Under the pieces are notes generated by a model. It made no database searches and was not told where the DNA came from. It was given only the letters and a program-made list of their open reading frames with translations. Positions 9,806-18,689 of a DNA stretch of 64,000 bases are shown one piece after another; position 1 is the first letter of the stretch; each line of letters opens with the position of its first letter. The translations under genes were made by a program, and so were the position numbers. Source of the stretch: Patescibacteria group bacterium (lineage in GTDB: Bacteria > Patescibacteriota > Minisyncoccia > UBA6257 > GWB1-50-10); assembly GCA_040757555.1 (NCBI GenBank), contig JBFLWN010000006.1, positions 5,748 through 69,747 on the forward strand. The letters run 5' to 3'.

Positions 9806-10369
9806 ATGAAGGAGGAAATAACGCTCGTTCAAAGAGCACAATCGGGGGAATCTGAGGCGTTTGGGGTACTCTATGATACCTACCTTCCAAAAATATATCG
9901 TTTTATACTTTTGAAAGTCACAAAAAAAACGGATGCCGAGGATATTACCCATCAGGTGTTTTTGAGTGCCTGGCAAAACATAAAATCATATCGTTTTCAG
10001 GGAAATCCTTTTTCGAGTTGGCTTTACAAAATTGCACATAACGCTGTCATTGATTTCTACCGAACACAAAAACCAATTGTAGATATCGAGCTTGTCTCGG
10101 AAGATTCACTTGCTCACCTTCCAAATCTTGAACATGAATTAGATCGCGGAATGGAATTAATAAAAGTCCGACACGCACTTACAAAACTAAAACCGGATGA
10201 GCAAAGCATACTTATCATGAAGTTCGTTGATGAATTATCGAATAAAGAAATTGCTGAAGCACTTCACAAAACAGAAGGAGCAATACGCGTTATACAACAT
10301 AGAGCACTTAAACAAATAAAGAACATACTTAATGAGTCAACACATACACAAACAATTAGAACAGCTTAG
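9806..10369 (+). CDS. RNA polymerase sigma-70 factor, ECF subfamily
   Basis: 187 aa. Region 2 (FGVLYDTYLPKIYRFIL...DAEDITHQVFLSAW) and region 4 helix-turn-helix (LSNKEIAEALHKTEGAIRVIQHRALKQI) are typical of ECF sigma factors. Confidence 0.85.
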   Translation: MKEEITLVQRAQSGESEAFGVLYDTYLPKIYRFILLKVTKKTDAEDITHQVFLSAWQNIKSYRFQGNPFSSWLYKIAHNAVIDFYRTQKPIVDIELVSEDSLAHLPNLEHELDRGMELIKVRHALTKLKPDEQSILIMKFVDELSNKEIAEALHKTEGAIRVIQHRALKQIKNILNESTHTQTIRTA

Positions 10370-10799
10370 ACAAATTTCCCCCGACCCGCGTTTTGCGGCA
10401 CGGGCCCGTTTGTCTGTTTTGTCACAAAAACAAAATATCTCACATATAGAGATGTTTGTTTCTTTTGTACAAAAACCGATGGTGGTTGGATCATTTGCCT
10501 TTGCCCTCGCACTTTTTGTTCTTATTTCGGTCCTCTCCCCTACGGTCTCTGTTTCCTCATTAAAAGATACCAATACACTAAACCAGGAGATAAGCGATCT
10601 CTCGATTAATATTCATCTTAAGGAGTTGTCTTATCAACAAAATGCGGATTCCATGATTATGGCAGCAATCACAGAGATAAAAGATACTAAAGTAAGTCAT
10701 TTGAACCAAAAAACATTAAACTCGGAGTCACAGAATTTAAATATCGAAAATAACAACACCGAAGACATTAATAAACTTTTAGATACAGTAATTTTTTAA
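10332..10799 (+). CDS. putative anti-sigma factor / membrane protein (overlaps sigma gene 3' end)
   Basis: Overlaps the ECF sigma stop by ~38 nt (translational coupling), has a single TM helix (MVVGSFAFALALFVLISVL) and an extracytoplasmic tail. This is the classic sigma/anti-sigma arrangement. Confidence 0.4.
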   Translation: MSQHIHKQLEQLRQISPDPRFAARARLSVLSQKQNISHIEMFVSFVQKPMVVGSFAFALALFVLISVLSPTVSVSSLKDTNTLNQEISDLSINIHLKELSYQQNADSMIMAAITEIKDTKVSHLNQKTLNSESQNLNIENNNTEDINKLLDTVIF

Positions 10800-10803
10800 T
10801 ACC

Positions 10804-11670
10804 ATGCGTGCCATTTCATCTTTTATAATTTTTTCATTCTTATTCGGAGTATGTGTATATGCGCCGGTAAATGCGCAATCCGACACAACAAAAAAGGCGC
10901 TTGAAAGCGTAAAAGAAAGCGTCACCACACTTATCAATGCAAAAGATGAGGAAAATCCAAACGACATTGCATTCCGTATCGAAACATTCAAAAAAGTTAT
11001 TGATTTTTCAATCGCTGAAGCAAAAGATTTAAAAATAAAACTTTTTGGTATTGATACAAAAAAAGTAGGAACATCGACGGTTGCGTGGAAAAACGGAGTG
11101 ATGAAAGATATCGATGAGGCCCTGGAATATTACGACTCAGAAAAGAATTTCATAAAAGAAGGAGAAGCCTCCCTAACTCTTATTGAGGTGAAAACAAGAG
11201 CTGAATCGTTCAAAGAGTGGCGAGAGAGTAAATATGCCCCCACCGCAGATGAAATCAATACCTATTTTCTTATCGAGCAACAAAAACAAGCACTTGAAAC
11301 AACAAAAAAGAGAACTGAAAAAATCCACCTCGACATTGAAAAATTGAAAAAAGCGAAAATAAAGACAAGTGGTTTAGAAAAATTATTTTCAAAAGTAGAT
11401 CCTATGATAAAGGATGCGGAGGAATTGAATAACAGGGCGGATCTCCTCTTTTATAAAACAAAAATTTTGCCACAACCCCCCAAAGAGGAAGTAATAAATG
11501 AAACAACTACAAATGAAATAATAAACACTACAACCTCAACGGTAGTCAGTGAGATTGAAAAAAATCCCGAATTATCAATAAAAGACTTAGTAAAAGAATC
11601 TTTTGCTAAAGTGAAAAACATATACCAGATATTCATTGATATGAGCGGCTTGGTGAGGAAGCTACTCTAA
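10804..11670 (+). CDS. hypothetical secreted protein (signal peptide, coiled-coil rich)
   Basis: N-terminal signal peptide MRAISSFIIFSFLFGVCVYAPVNAQS. 288 aa, Lys/Glu-rich. Third gene of the ECF sigma operon. Terminator tcccccgacatatatcggggga plus T-tract at 11677-11706. Confidence 0.4.
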   Translation: MRAISSFIIFSFLFGVCVYAPVNAQSDTTKKALESVKESVTTLINAKDEENPNDIAFRIETFKKVIDFSIAEAKDLKIKLFGIDTKKVGTSTVAWKNGVMKDIDEALEYYDSEKNFIKEGEASLTLIEVKTRAESFKEWRESKYAPTADEINTYFLIEQQKQALETTKKRTEKIHLDIEKLKKAKIKTSGLEKLFSKVDPMIKDAEELNNRADLLFYKTKILPQPPKEEVINETTTNEIINTTTSTVVSEIEKNPELSIKDLVKESFAKVKNIYQIFIDMSGLVRKLL

Positions 11671-11726
11671 ATAAAAAATCCCCCGACATATATCGGGGGA
11701 TTTTTTATTACTCAATTTTTCTACTA

Positions 11727-12002
11727 CTATAATACCGCTTCTTTTAAAACCTTTCCCGCTCGAAATTTCGGCTTTGTAGAAGCCTTGATCTGAATCTTTT
11801 CTCCAGTTTTTGGATTTACTCCCATGCGAGCTGCTCTTTTTGCAACTCTGAAAGTTCCAAACCCAGTGATCCCCACCTCTTCTCCGCGACTTAGTGTTTT
11901 TACAATAGTATCAAACATCGTATCTACCACAAGTTGCGCTTGTTTTTTTGTTTCGATTCCTGCGGCTTTCATAACCGCATCAACAAGTCCGTCTTTTTTC
12001 AT
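11727..12002 (-). CDS. hup: DNA-binding protein HU
   Basis: 91 aa with the HU/IHF signature (GFGTFRVAKRAARMGVNPKTGEKIQI, beta-arm with RNP-like motif). Confidence 0.9.
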   Translation of the reverse strand: MKKDGLVDAVMKAAGIETKKQAQLVVDTMFDTIVKTLSRGEEVGITGFGTFRVAKRAARMGVNPKTGEKIQIKASTKPKFRAGKVLKEAVL

Positions 12003-12148
12003 AAATTTATATTTAGGTACCTGATATAAAGGCGTGTTTTGTGTAAAATCGACCTTTTAAACTGTGTGTATAGTATACCAAATTTACCAGGTTTCTCCTA
12101 TGTTTTTTACCCACACTCTATACACAGCAAACTTTTCTATTTTTACCC

Positions 12149-13669
12149 CTATTTTGCGTATTCCACTGCTTTTACCTCGCGGATTACCACCACTTTTACC
12201 TCCCCAGGGTACTGTACTTCCGATTGAATTTTTGCTGCCACTTGTTTTGCGAGTTGTAACGCTCCGAAATCGTCAATTTTTTCCGGAGTCACAAACACCC
12301 GCACCTCTCTTCCCGCCGATACCGCATATGCTTGGTTAATTCCTTCAAAACTTTTTACCACGCGTTCAATATCCTCAAGTCTCTTTAGATACTTTTCCAG
12401 CGTATCGCGTCGCGCACCAGGACGGGCAGCTGAAATAATATCAGCGGTCGCCACCAAGTGTGCTTCTGGAGATGAATATGGATACTCATCGTGATGGGAT
12501 TCCATCGCTTTAATCACGTCTTCATGAATTCCATATTTTTTGAGAAGTTTCCTTCCAATATCAACATGACTTCCCTCTACCTCATGATCGATCGCCTTCC
12601 CAATATCATGAAGAAGTGCCGCTTTCTTTGTGATATCAACCTTAAGATGAAGTTCAGAGGCCATCATCCCTGCGATATGCGTCATTTCAATTGAATGATT
12701 TAACACATTTTGCCCATAACTTGTTCGATAATTCAGCCGTCCAAGTAAATAAACAATCTCCTTTGGAAGATCAAGGATACCAACCTCAAACGCGGCTTCC
12801 TCTCCAACCTTCTTTATATGATCCTCGAGTTCGAGTCGTGCTTCTTCAACCTTTTCTTCAATTTTTGCGGGTTGTATTCTCCCATCTTTAATTAATTTTT
12901 CAAGCGCTATTTTCGCAAGCTCTCTCCGTAAGGGATCAAATGACGAAATAAGTATACTTTCTGGAGTTTCATCAACAATAAGCTCAACTCCCGTGAGGCG
13001 CTCAAACGTACGAATATTTCTCCCCTCACGACCAATTACCTTTCCCTTGATATCTTCGTTGGGAAGGTTTACAACACTCGTGGTCACATCTCCGATACAA
13101 TTTCGCGCGTATCGTTGAATTACCGAGGTAATGATTTCAGTGCTTTTTGCTTCAATTTCATTTTTCTTTTCACGCTCGAGAGTAACAATTTTTTCGGCAA
13201 GTTCTTTATGTGAATCGCGTTCAATGTCTTTCATAATTTGATTTCGGGCATCTTCTTTCGACATCTCTGCGACTCGCTCAAGTTCTTCCACTGCTTTTTC
13301 GCGACTCAATTTTATTTCGTTTTCAATATTTTTTAATCGCTCAAGCTCTTCCCTCTTTTTTGCGGTAAGGCTTTCCGACTCAGCGTGCTGGCGCTCAAGG
13401 AGCGCCTCTTTCTTTAAGAGATGATCTTCAAGTTTTCGAAGATCTTGTTTTCGCTCACGTTCCTCTTTTTGTGCGTCTGCAATAATAGCCGCTGCTTTTT
13501 CGTTTGCGGCTAAAACGGTCTTTTTGGCTTCTGATTCTGCAGTTTCAAGATGCTCTTGTGCTTTAGACTCTAATGAACCTCTCTTGCGGAGAGCTATCCA
13601 AATGCGTGCAAAGTAACCAAGAACAATTCCTAAAACAAAACCAGCCGCCAACAGGATGTTGGGGTTCAT
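12149..13669 (-). CDS. rny: ribonuclease Y
   Basis: N-terminal TM helix; long coiled-coil; KH domain (GREGRNIRTFERLTGVELIVDE); HD domain (LLHDIGK...H...D). 506 aa. Confidence 0.9.
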   Translation of the reverse strand: MNPNILLAAGFVLGIVLGYFARIWIALRKRGSLESKAQEHLETAESEAKKTVLAANEKAAAIIADAQKEERERKQDLRKLEDHLLKKEALLERQHAESESLTAKKREELERLKNIENEIKLSREKAVEELERVAEMSKEDARNQIMKDIERDSHKELAEKIVTLEREKKNEIEAKSTEIITSVIQRYARNCIGDVTTSVVNLPNEDIKGKVIGREGRNIRTFERLTGVELIVDETPESILISSFDPLRRELAKIALEKLIKDGRIQPAKIEEKVEEARLELEDHIKKVGEEAAFEVGILDLPKEIVYLLGRLNYRTSYGQNVLNHSIEMTHIAGMMASELHLKVDITKKAALLHDIGKAIDHEVEGSHVDIGRKLLKKYGIHEDVIKAMESHHDEYPYSSPEAHLVATADIISAARPGARRDTLEKYLKRLEDIERVVKSFEGINQAYAVSAGREVRVFVTPEKIDDFGALQLAKQVAAKIQSEVQYPGEVKVVVIREVKAVEYAK

Positions 13670-13771
13670 AATATGAAGTAATTGAAAGTTTTATATACAT
13701 CGACGTTTTCTCTTTCACTATTCATTTTATATCTCCTTCATCATTTATGTCAAAAGACGTACAATAGATAT

Positions 13772-15322
13772 ATGAAGCGTACCTACACACTTGTGATACT
13801 CGACGGATGGGGATTTGGAAAAGTGGATGACTCAAATCCCATACACCAGGCCCAATTAAAAACATTCAAATTCATTGAAGATAATTTTCCGTATGGTGCA
13901 CTCCAGGCATCCGGTATTTCAATCGGAATGCCGTGGGACGAAGAAGGAAATAGTGAAATCGGACACCTTACCATTGGAGCGGGACGGGTATTTTATCAAC
14001 ACTATCCAAAAATTACACTTGCAATTGAAAACGGATCTTTCTTTGAAAACAAAACATTAAAAAATTCTTTTGCTCACACAAAAAAGAATAATAGTGCCCT
14101 TCATCTTATTGGTCTCGTCGGAGAAGGGGTTGTTCATTCGGCATTTACCCACCTTGTTGCACTTCTTGATATGGCAAAAAGAGAGGGGTGTGCGCAGGTA
14201 TATATACACGTAATGAGTGACGGAAGAGATGGTGCTCCCCAACTCATTGTTTCGTATATAGAAAAACTGAGAGAGGAAATAAAAAAATATGGCGTGGGAA
14301 CCATCGCTACGCTTATCGGGAGATATTATGGTATGGATAGAGACAGGCACTGGGATCGAACAAAAAAAGCATATGATATGTTGGTATATCCAGAACATAC
14401 TCGAATTACTGATATAAAAACTGCGACGGAAGAAATATATGCAAAAAAACTTAACGATGAATATATCGAGCCAACCATCATAAATGAGATTCACCCCATA
14501 GAAGACGGCGACTCGGTGCTTTTTTTCAATTTTAGGGAAGACCGCATGAGACAAATTGTTGAGCCATTTGTAAATCCGGAATTTTCAACATTCCAAACAA
14601 AAAAATTCCAAAATCTTCTTCTTACCACAATGACGGAATATCGAAATGATTTTTCTATTCCTGTGGTATTTGAAAGGGAGGAAATTATAGATCCGCTCGG
14701 AAAAGTTATTTCCGATTCGGAACGAGTGCAATTGCGTATCGCGGAAACAGAAAAATATGCCCACATCACTTACTTTTTTAATGGGCTCCAGGAAAAACCA
14801 TATTCAAATGAATATCGTGTGCTCATCCCCTCAAAAAATGTAGCGCATCACGAAGAACATCCCGAAATGATGGCAAGCGCAATCACCGATCGGGTGATTA
14901 TTGCACTTAATGAAGGGGGGTTTGATTTTATACTCGTAAATTATGCAAATCCGGATATTATTGCACACACAGGAGATTTTGAGGCTACAGTAAAAGCTGT
15001 TCGTGTTATTGATGCAGAAATAGAACGACTCATGAATGCCACACTCGCCCAAAATCACGTTCTTATTATTACTTCGGATCATGGAAACGCAGAGACACTT
15101 ATCAGCACACAAACAGGACAACCCGAGACAAAACACGATGCAAATCCGGTCCCCTTCTATCTCATAGGAAGAGAATTCCAAAAACAAAACACATCTCCAA
15201 AGCCGTCTCGACCACCAGTGATAGGTCTTCTTTCTGATGTTGCCCCCACCATTCTCGCACTTATGGGAATAAAAAAACCAAAAGAAATGACAGGACAAAG
15301 TCTCCTCGAACAATTAATATAA
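13772..15322 (+). CDS. gpmI: 2,3-bisphosphoglycerate-independent phosphoglycerate mutase (ORF track starts at TTG 13682; ATG 13772 MKRTYTLVILDGWG is the likely start)
   Basis: N-terminus MKRTYTLVILDGWG is the iPGM hallmark. Metal/phosphoserine motifs present (SDGRDG..., ITSDHGN). ~516 aa. Confidence 0.9.
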   Translation: MKRTYTLVILDGWGFGKVDDSNPIHQAQLKTFKFIEDNFPYGALQASGISIGMPWDEEGNSEIGHLTIGAGRVFYQHYPKITLAIENGSFFENKTLKNSFAHTKKNNSALHLIGLVGEGVVHSAFTHLVALLDMAKREGCAQVYIHVMSDGRDGAPQLIVSYIEKLREEIKKYGVGTIATLIGRYYGMDRDRHWDRTKKAYDMLVYPEHTRITDIKTATEEIYAKKLNDEYIEPTIINEIHPIEDGDSVLFFNFREDRMRQIVEPFVNPEFSTFQTKKFQNLLLTTMTEYRNDFSIPVVFEREEIIDPLGKVISDSERVQLRIAETEKYAHITYFFNGLQEKPYSNEYRVLIPSKNVAHHEEHPEMMASAITDRVIIALNEGGFDFILVNYANPDIIAHTGDFEATVKAVRVIDAEIERLMNATLAQNHVLIITSDHGNAETLISTQTGQPETKHDANPVPFYLIGREFQKQNTSPKPSRPPVIGLLSDVAPTILALMGIKKPKEMTGQSLLEQLI

Positions 15323-15340
15323 AATATATATAATAAATAT

Positions 15341-15709
15341 ATGAAACTTGTTTGGAAACTTATCTTCTCGATATTCTCGAACTCAATTGCGCTCTATGCG
15401 GCGGCATATTTTATTACCGGATTCAATTTTTCTGGAGGGTTTGTGGAACTTATTATCGCCGGAGCCATTCTTTCTGTTATTAACACATTTATTCGTCCGG
15501 TGTTAAAACTTATTCTCGGTCCACTTATTGTGCTCACTCTCGGGTTGTTCATTATTGTAGTGAATGCGGGAACATTGTTTATTCTTGACATATTTAGTCA
15601 GCCACTTACAATACAGGGGTATATTCCACTCCTCTACGCATCTTTGCTTGTTGGATTTGTGAATTTTATCATTTCAACAAGCGGAAAATTTCTATATAAA
15701 GAGGAATGA
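15341..15709 (+). CDS. YvlD/DUF360 ('phage holin 4_2' family) small membrane protein
   Basis: Strong resemblance to the Bacillus YvlD family: ...INTFIRPVLKLILGPLIVLTLGLFIIVVNAGTLF.... 122 aa with 3-4 TM helices. Confidence 0.65.
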   Translation: MKLVWKLIFSIFSNSIALYAAAYFITGFNFSGGFVELIIAGAILSVINTFIRPVLKLILGPLIVLTLGLFIIVVNAGTLFILDIFSQPLTIQGYIPLLYASLLVGFVNFIISTSGKFLYKEE

Positions 15710-15933
15710 ATAAAATCATGTTAAACATTGCCGAAGTAATAATTTCAATCATTCTCATTGTGCTCATTCTTCTCCAAGAACGATCAAGTGGGCTCTCCGG
15801 GGCGCTTGGCGGAGGTGGAGCGGGTGCATCATATCAAACGCGCCGAGGATTAGAAAAAGGAATTTTTTGGGCAACCGTAGTGTGTGGCATTATTTTTGTG
15901 GCCCTCGCGGTTCTTAAACTTGTTATAATTTAG
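15706..15933 (+). CDS. secG: preprotein translocase subunit SecG
   Basis: 75 aa with two TM helices separated by a Gly-rich loop (LLQERSSGLSGALGGGGAGASY), the SecG pattern. Overlaps the upstream stop by 4 nt. Confidence 0.75.
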   Translation: MNKIMLNIAEVIISIILIVLILLQERSSGLSGALGGGGAGASYQTRRGLEKGIFWATVVCGIIFVALAVLKLVII

Positions 15934-15998
15934 TGGAGGAGATTCTTTTAGCGTCTTATCTTTCCCGCCTATCAAATTCTGATTCTTAAGTTATCCCA

Positions 15999-17603
15999 AT
16001 GACTTTTTTAAAAAACGTATTTGCATCACTTACAAAAAATGAGTTTAAGACACTCATGTGTTTTGCTGTTATTTTTCTTATCGCGGGCATTGCACTTACT
16101 GCGATTACCATAAGCGAAAACAGCACCCTCGTCCCCGTCCAAGGAGGAATGTATAGGGAAGGGATTGTTGGACAACCAATTGCGGTAAATCCTGTTATTT
16201 CAGGAAATCCGACAGATCAAGACATAAGCGCACTTATTTACCCAAAAATTTCTGACATCATTGATACATACACCTCGGAGGATAATGGACGCGTGTTCAT
16301 TCTGAATCTAAAAGAAGGACTCGTGTGGGACGACACAAAACCCCTATCGAGTGATGATATAGTCTTCACCATCCAAACCGCGCAAGAACTTGGAAATCAA
16401 TCTCCCATTTCAAATACAGTGAAAGGAGTAGTGGCTGAACGCATGAGCGAGTTGCAGGTCCGACTCGCGCTCCCGGTTCCTTATTCTTTTTTTGATGAGA
16501 CACTAAAAAAAATTCTCATTATTCCGAAGCATGTTTTTGGAAGCATTCCTGCACAAAACATCAAACTCTCCTCATATAATCTCGAGCCAGTGGGAAGTGG
16601 GCCATATCGTTTTAAAACATTTTCACAAAGAAAAGACGGATTCATTACCGAATATCAACTGATAAAAAATGAGACGTATTATGGAACACAACCATTTATC
16701 CAAAAATTTGTCTTCCGATTTTATGAGAATGAAGAAAATTTACTCAAAGCATTTCGTTTGAGAGAAATTGATGGGTTTGGAAGTGTCGGAGTTATAGAAA
16801 CAAAAACGATGACTTCCCAGCAAACAAAAATAACAAGTATTCCGATGTCCCGTTACTATGCCCTCTTTTTTAACCTTGGTACTAATGAGATGTTAAAAAA
16901 TGACTCAGTGCGAAAAGCGCTTTCGTTGTCGATAGACAAAAATCAAATACTCTCCGCAGTATTCCCCGATAGTTCCGCGGAAATAATACGTGGTCCCCTT
17001 TTGAAGCGCGAATCGTCATCACAAAATATCGAAGATGCGGAAGCAATTCTCAAAAAAGCAAAAATAAGTGCAATAAATTTATCTCTCACTGTTCCCAAAA
17101 TAGATTTTCTTGAAAAAACAGCGGAAGAAATAAAAAAACAATGGATGAATTTGGAAGAAGTGGAAAATATTACCATACGCACTGTAGAACCAAAAGATAT
17201 TGTCGAGAAAGTGGTAAAAACAAATGAATACGAAATACTCCTTTTTGGAAATATTCTTGAAAATAAAAAAGATCTCTTTCCGTTTTGGCATTCATCTGAA
17301 CGAATGTATCCAGGATTAAATCTTTCGTTCTATAAAAACACAAAACTCGACCTTCTTATCGAAACTATCCGACAAACAAAAGATGCCACAAAACAACAAG
17401 TATTATTGAAAACCGCAGAAGATGAAATATTGGGCGACGATCCTGCTGTATTCCTTTATACAATCCCCTATACCTATATCCACACCTCAGAACTCGGAGG
17501 GGTGGTGTATGAAGAAAATCCAGATCTTTCTCTCTCAAATCCACGTGATCGTTTTCTTAATGTTGAAAAATGGTATGTAACGAAGGCTCGTGTATTAGAA
17601 TAA
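15999..17603 (+). CDS. ABC transporter substrate-binding protein, family 5 (oligopeptide/nickel-type SBP), N-terminally membrane-anchored
   Basis: 534 aa with an N-terminal TM anchor and size and composition typical of cluster C (family 5) SBPs. No precise motif recalled. No ABC permease or ATPase genes are adjacent. Confidence 0.5.
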   Translation: MTFLKNVFASLTKNEFKTLMCFAVIFLIAGIALTAITISENSTLVPVQGGMYREGIVGQPIAVNPVISGNPTDQDISALIYPKISDIIDTYTSEDNGRVFILNLKEGLVWDDTKPLSSDDIVFTIQTAQELGNQSPISNTVKGVVAERMSELQVRLALPVPYSFFDETLKKILIIPKHVFGSIPAQNIKLSSYNLEPVGSGPYRFKTFSQRKDGFITEYQLIKNETYYGTQPFIQKFVFRFYENEENLLKAFRLREIDGFGSVGVIETKTMTSQQTKITSIPMSRYYALFFNLGTNEMLKNDSVRKALSLSIDKNQILSAVFPDSSAEIIRGPLLKRESSSQNIEDAEAILKKAKISAINLSLTVPKIDFLEKTAEEIKKQWMNLEEVENITIRTVEPKDIVEKVVKTNEYEILLFGNILENKKDLFPFWHSSERMYPGLNLSFYKNTKLDLLIETIRQTKDATKQQVLLKTAEDEILGDDPAVFLYTIPYTYIHTSELGGVVYEENPDLSLSNPRDRFLNVEKWYVTKARVLE

Positions 17604-17608
17604 AAACT

Positions 17609-18520
17609 ATGACGTGTCACATTGCAAACGAAGGAAAAATAAAAGGGAAGAAATTTGATGCGGTGGTGGTTGTCGGGATGGGAGGATCTGGTCTCACTGG
17701 AGACATACTGAAGTTTATAAAAGACGATATTGGATTGTCCGTTCCTGTGTTTGTTTCAAAAGACTATACACTTCCAAAAACCGAAGCAAAAAAGCCATTA
17801 TTCATTTTTTCTTCGTTTTCGGGAAATACACACGAAACAATAACCGCACTTCGTGAGGCATTAAAGCAAAAAAAGGATGTTGCGGTAGTAACGTCCGGAG
17901 GGGTCGAAAAAATTATTGCGGAAAAACACAGCCTCCCACTCGGCGTGTTTGAAACACAAAACTTGACACCACGCGAAGGTCTCATATATAATCTAAGTAC
18001 TATCATCACTCTCCTTTCTTTCTGTTTCCCCATTAGAGAAATCGATATGTCCCCGAAAAGAATCGGGTCGACGAAATATAGTAATGATATCGTAAAAAAA
18101 ATTGGAACACGCATTCCACTTATTTACACCGATAATTCCACTTCTTCGCTTGGACTTCTGTGGAAAATATTTTTTAACGAAAGTGCAAAAATTCCAGCAT
18201 TTTCAAATACGATCCCTGAGGTTGCACACAACGAAATTGAAGGAATAACCCACACAACAAAACTCTTCATTCCCCTATTTTTGACTTCAAAGAAAACAAC
18301 AAAAGAAAATAAAACAAAAATACAGGCACTTGTTGGATTTTTTAAAAAGAAAAACATATCCCCAATACTTGTGAAACTCGATGGGACAAAAAATAAAGAT
18401 ATATTTATAAACGCATTTGCGCACATTACACTTCTTACAAATGAAATTGCGAAGAGCAAAAAAATCTCTCCGCAACACACTCCATCTATTGATCTCTTCA
18501 AAAAGGAGTTTGAAAAATAG
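17609..18520 (+). CDS. SIS-domain bifunctional phosphoglucose/phosphomannose isomerase-like protein
   Basis: DAVVVVGMGGSGLTGDIL and the downstream SFSGNTHET are SIS-domain sugar-phosphate isomerase signatures of the archaeal-type PGI/PMI family. The ATG at 17609 avoids overlap with the upstream gene. Confidence 0.55.
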   Translation: MTCHIANEGKIKGKKFDAVVVVGMGGSGLTGDILKFIKDDIGLSVPVFVSKDYTLPKTEAKKPLFIFSSFSGNTHETITALREALKQKKDVAVVTSGGVEKIIAEKHSLPLGVFETQNLTPREGLIYNLSTIITLLSFCFPIREIDMSPKRIGSTKYSNDIVKKIGTRIPLIYTDNSTSSLGLLWKIFFNESAKIPAFSNTIPEVAHNEIEGITHTTKLFIPLFLTSKKTTKENKTKIQALVGFFKKKNISPILVKLDGTKNKDIFINAFAHITLLTNEIAKSKKISPQHTPSIDLFKKEFEK

Positions 18521-18554
18521 TGATACGTAGTTTTCGAAACAACACAACAACAGC

Positions 18555-18637
18555 GCCGGGATGGTGGAATTGGTAGACACGCTAGCTTCAGGAGCTAGTA
18601 CCGAAAGGTAATGAGGGTTCGAGTCCCTCTCCCGGCA
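18555..18637 (+). tRNA. tRNA-Leu (anticodon CAG), long variable arm
   Basis: Acceptor GCCGGGA/TCCCGGC; anticodon stem CTAGC/GCTAG with loop TTCAGGA (anticodon CAG); long variable arm TACC-GAAA-GGTA; T-arm GAGGG-TTCGAGT-CCCTC; discriminator A. Confidence 0.85.
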
Positions 18638-18689
18638 CAAAGGTAAATAATTTATATAGAGGCGTATTTATCTAAAAACATATTTATAT

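Noticed and set aside
13682-13771. TTG-initiated 30-codon extension of gpmI
   Set aside because: The conserved iPGM N-terminus (MKRTYTLVILDGWG) begins at ATG 13772. The extension is hydrophobic low-complexity sequence with no homolog support and would overlap the rny promoter region.
18287-18640. 117-aa minus-strand ORF covering tRNA-Leu and the 3' end of the PGI/PMI-like gene
   Set aside because: It runs antisense through a real coding region and the tRNA-Leu(CAG). Its Cys/Phe-rich low-complexity translation is typical of AT-rich antisense frames.
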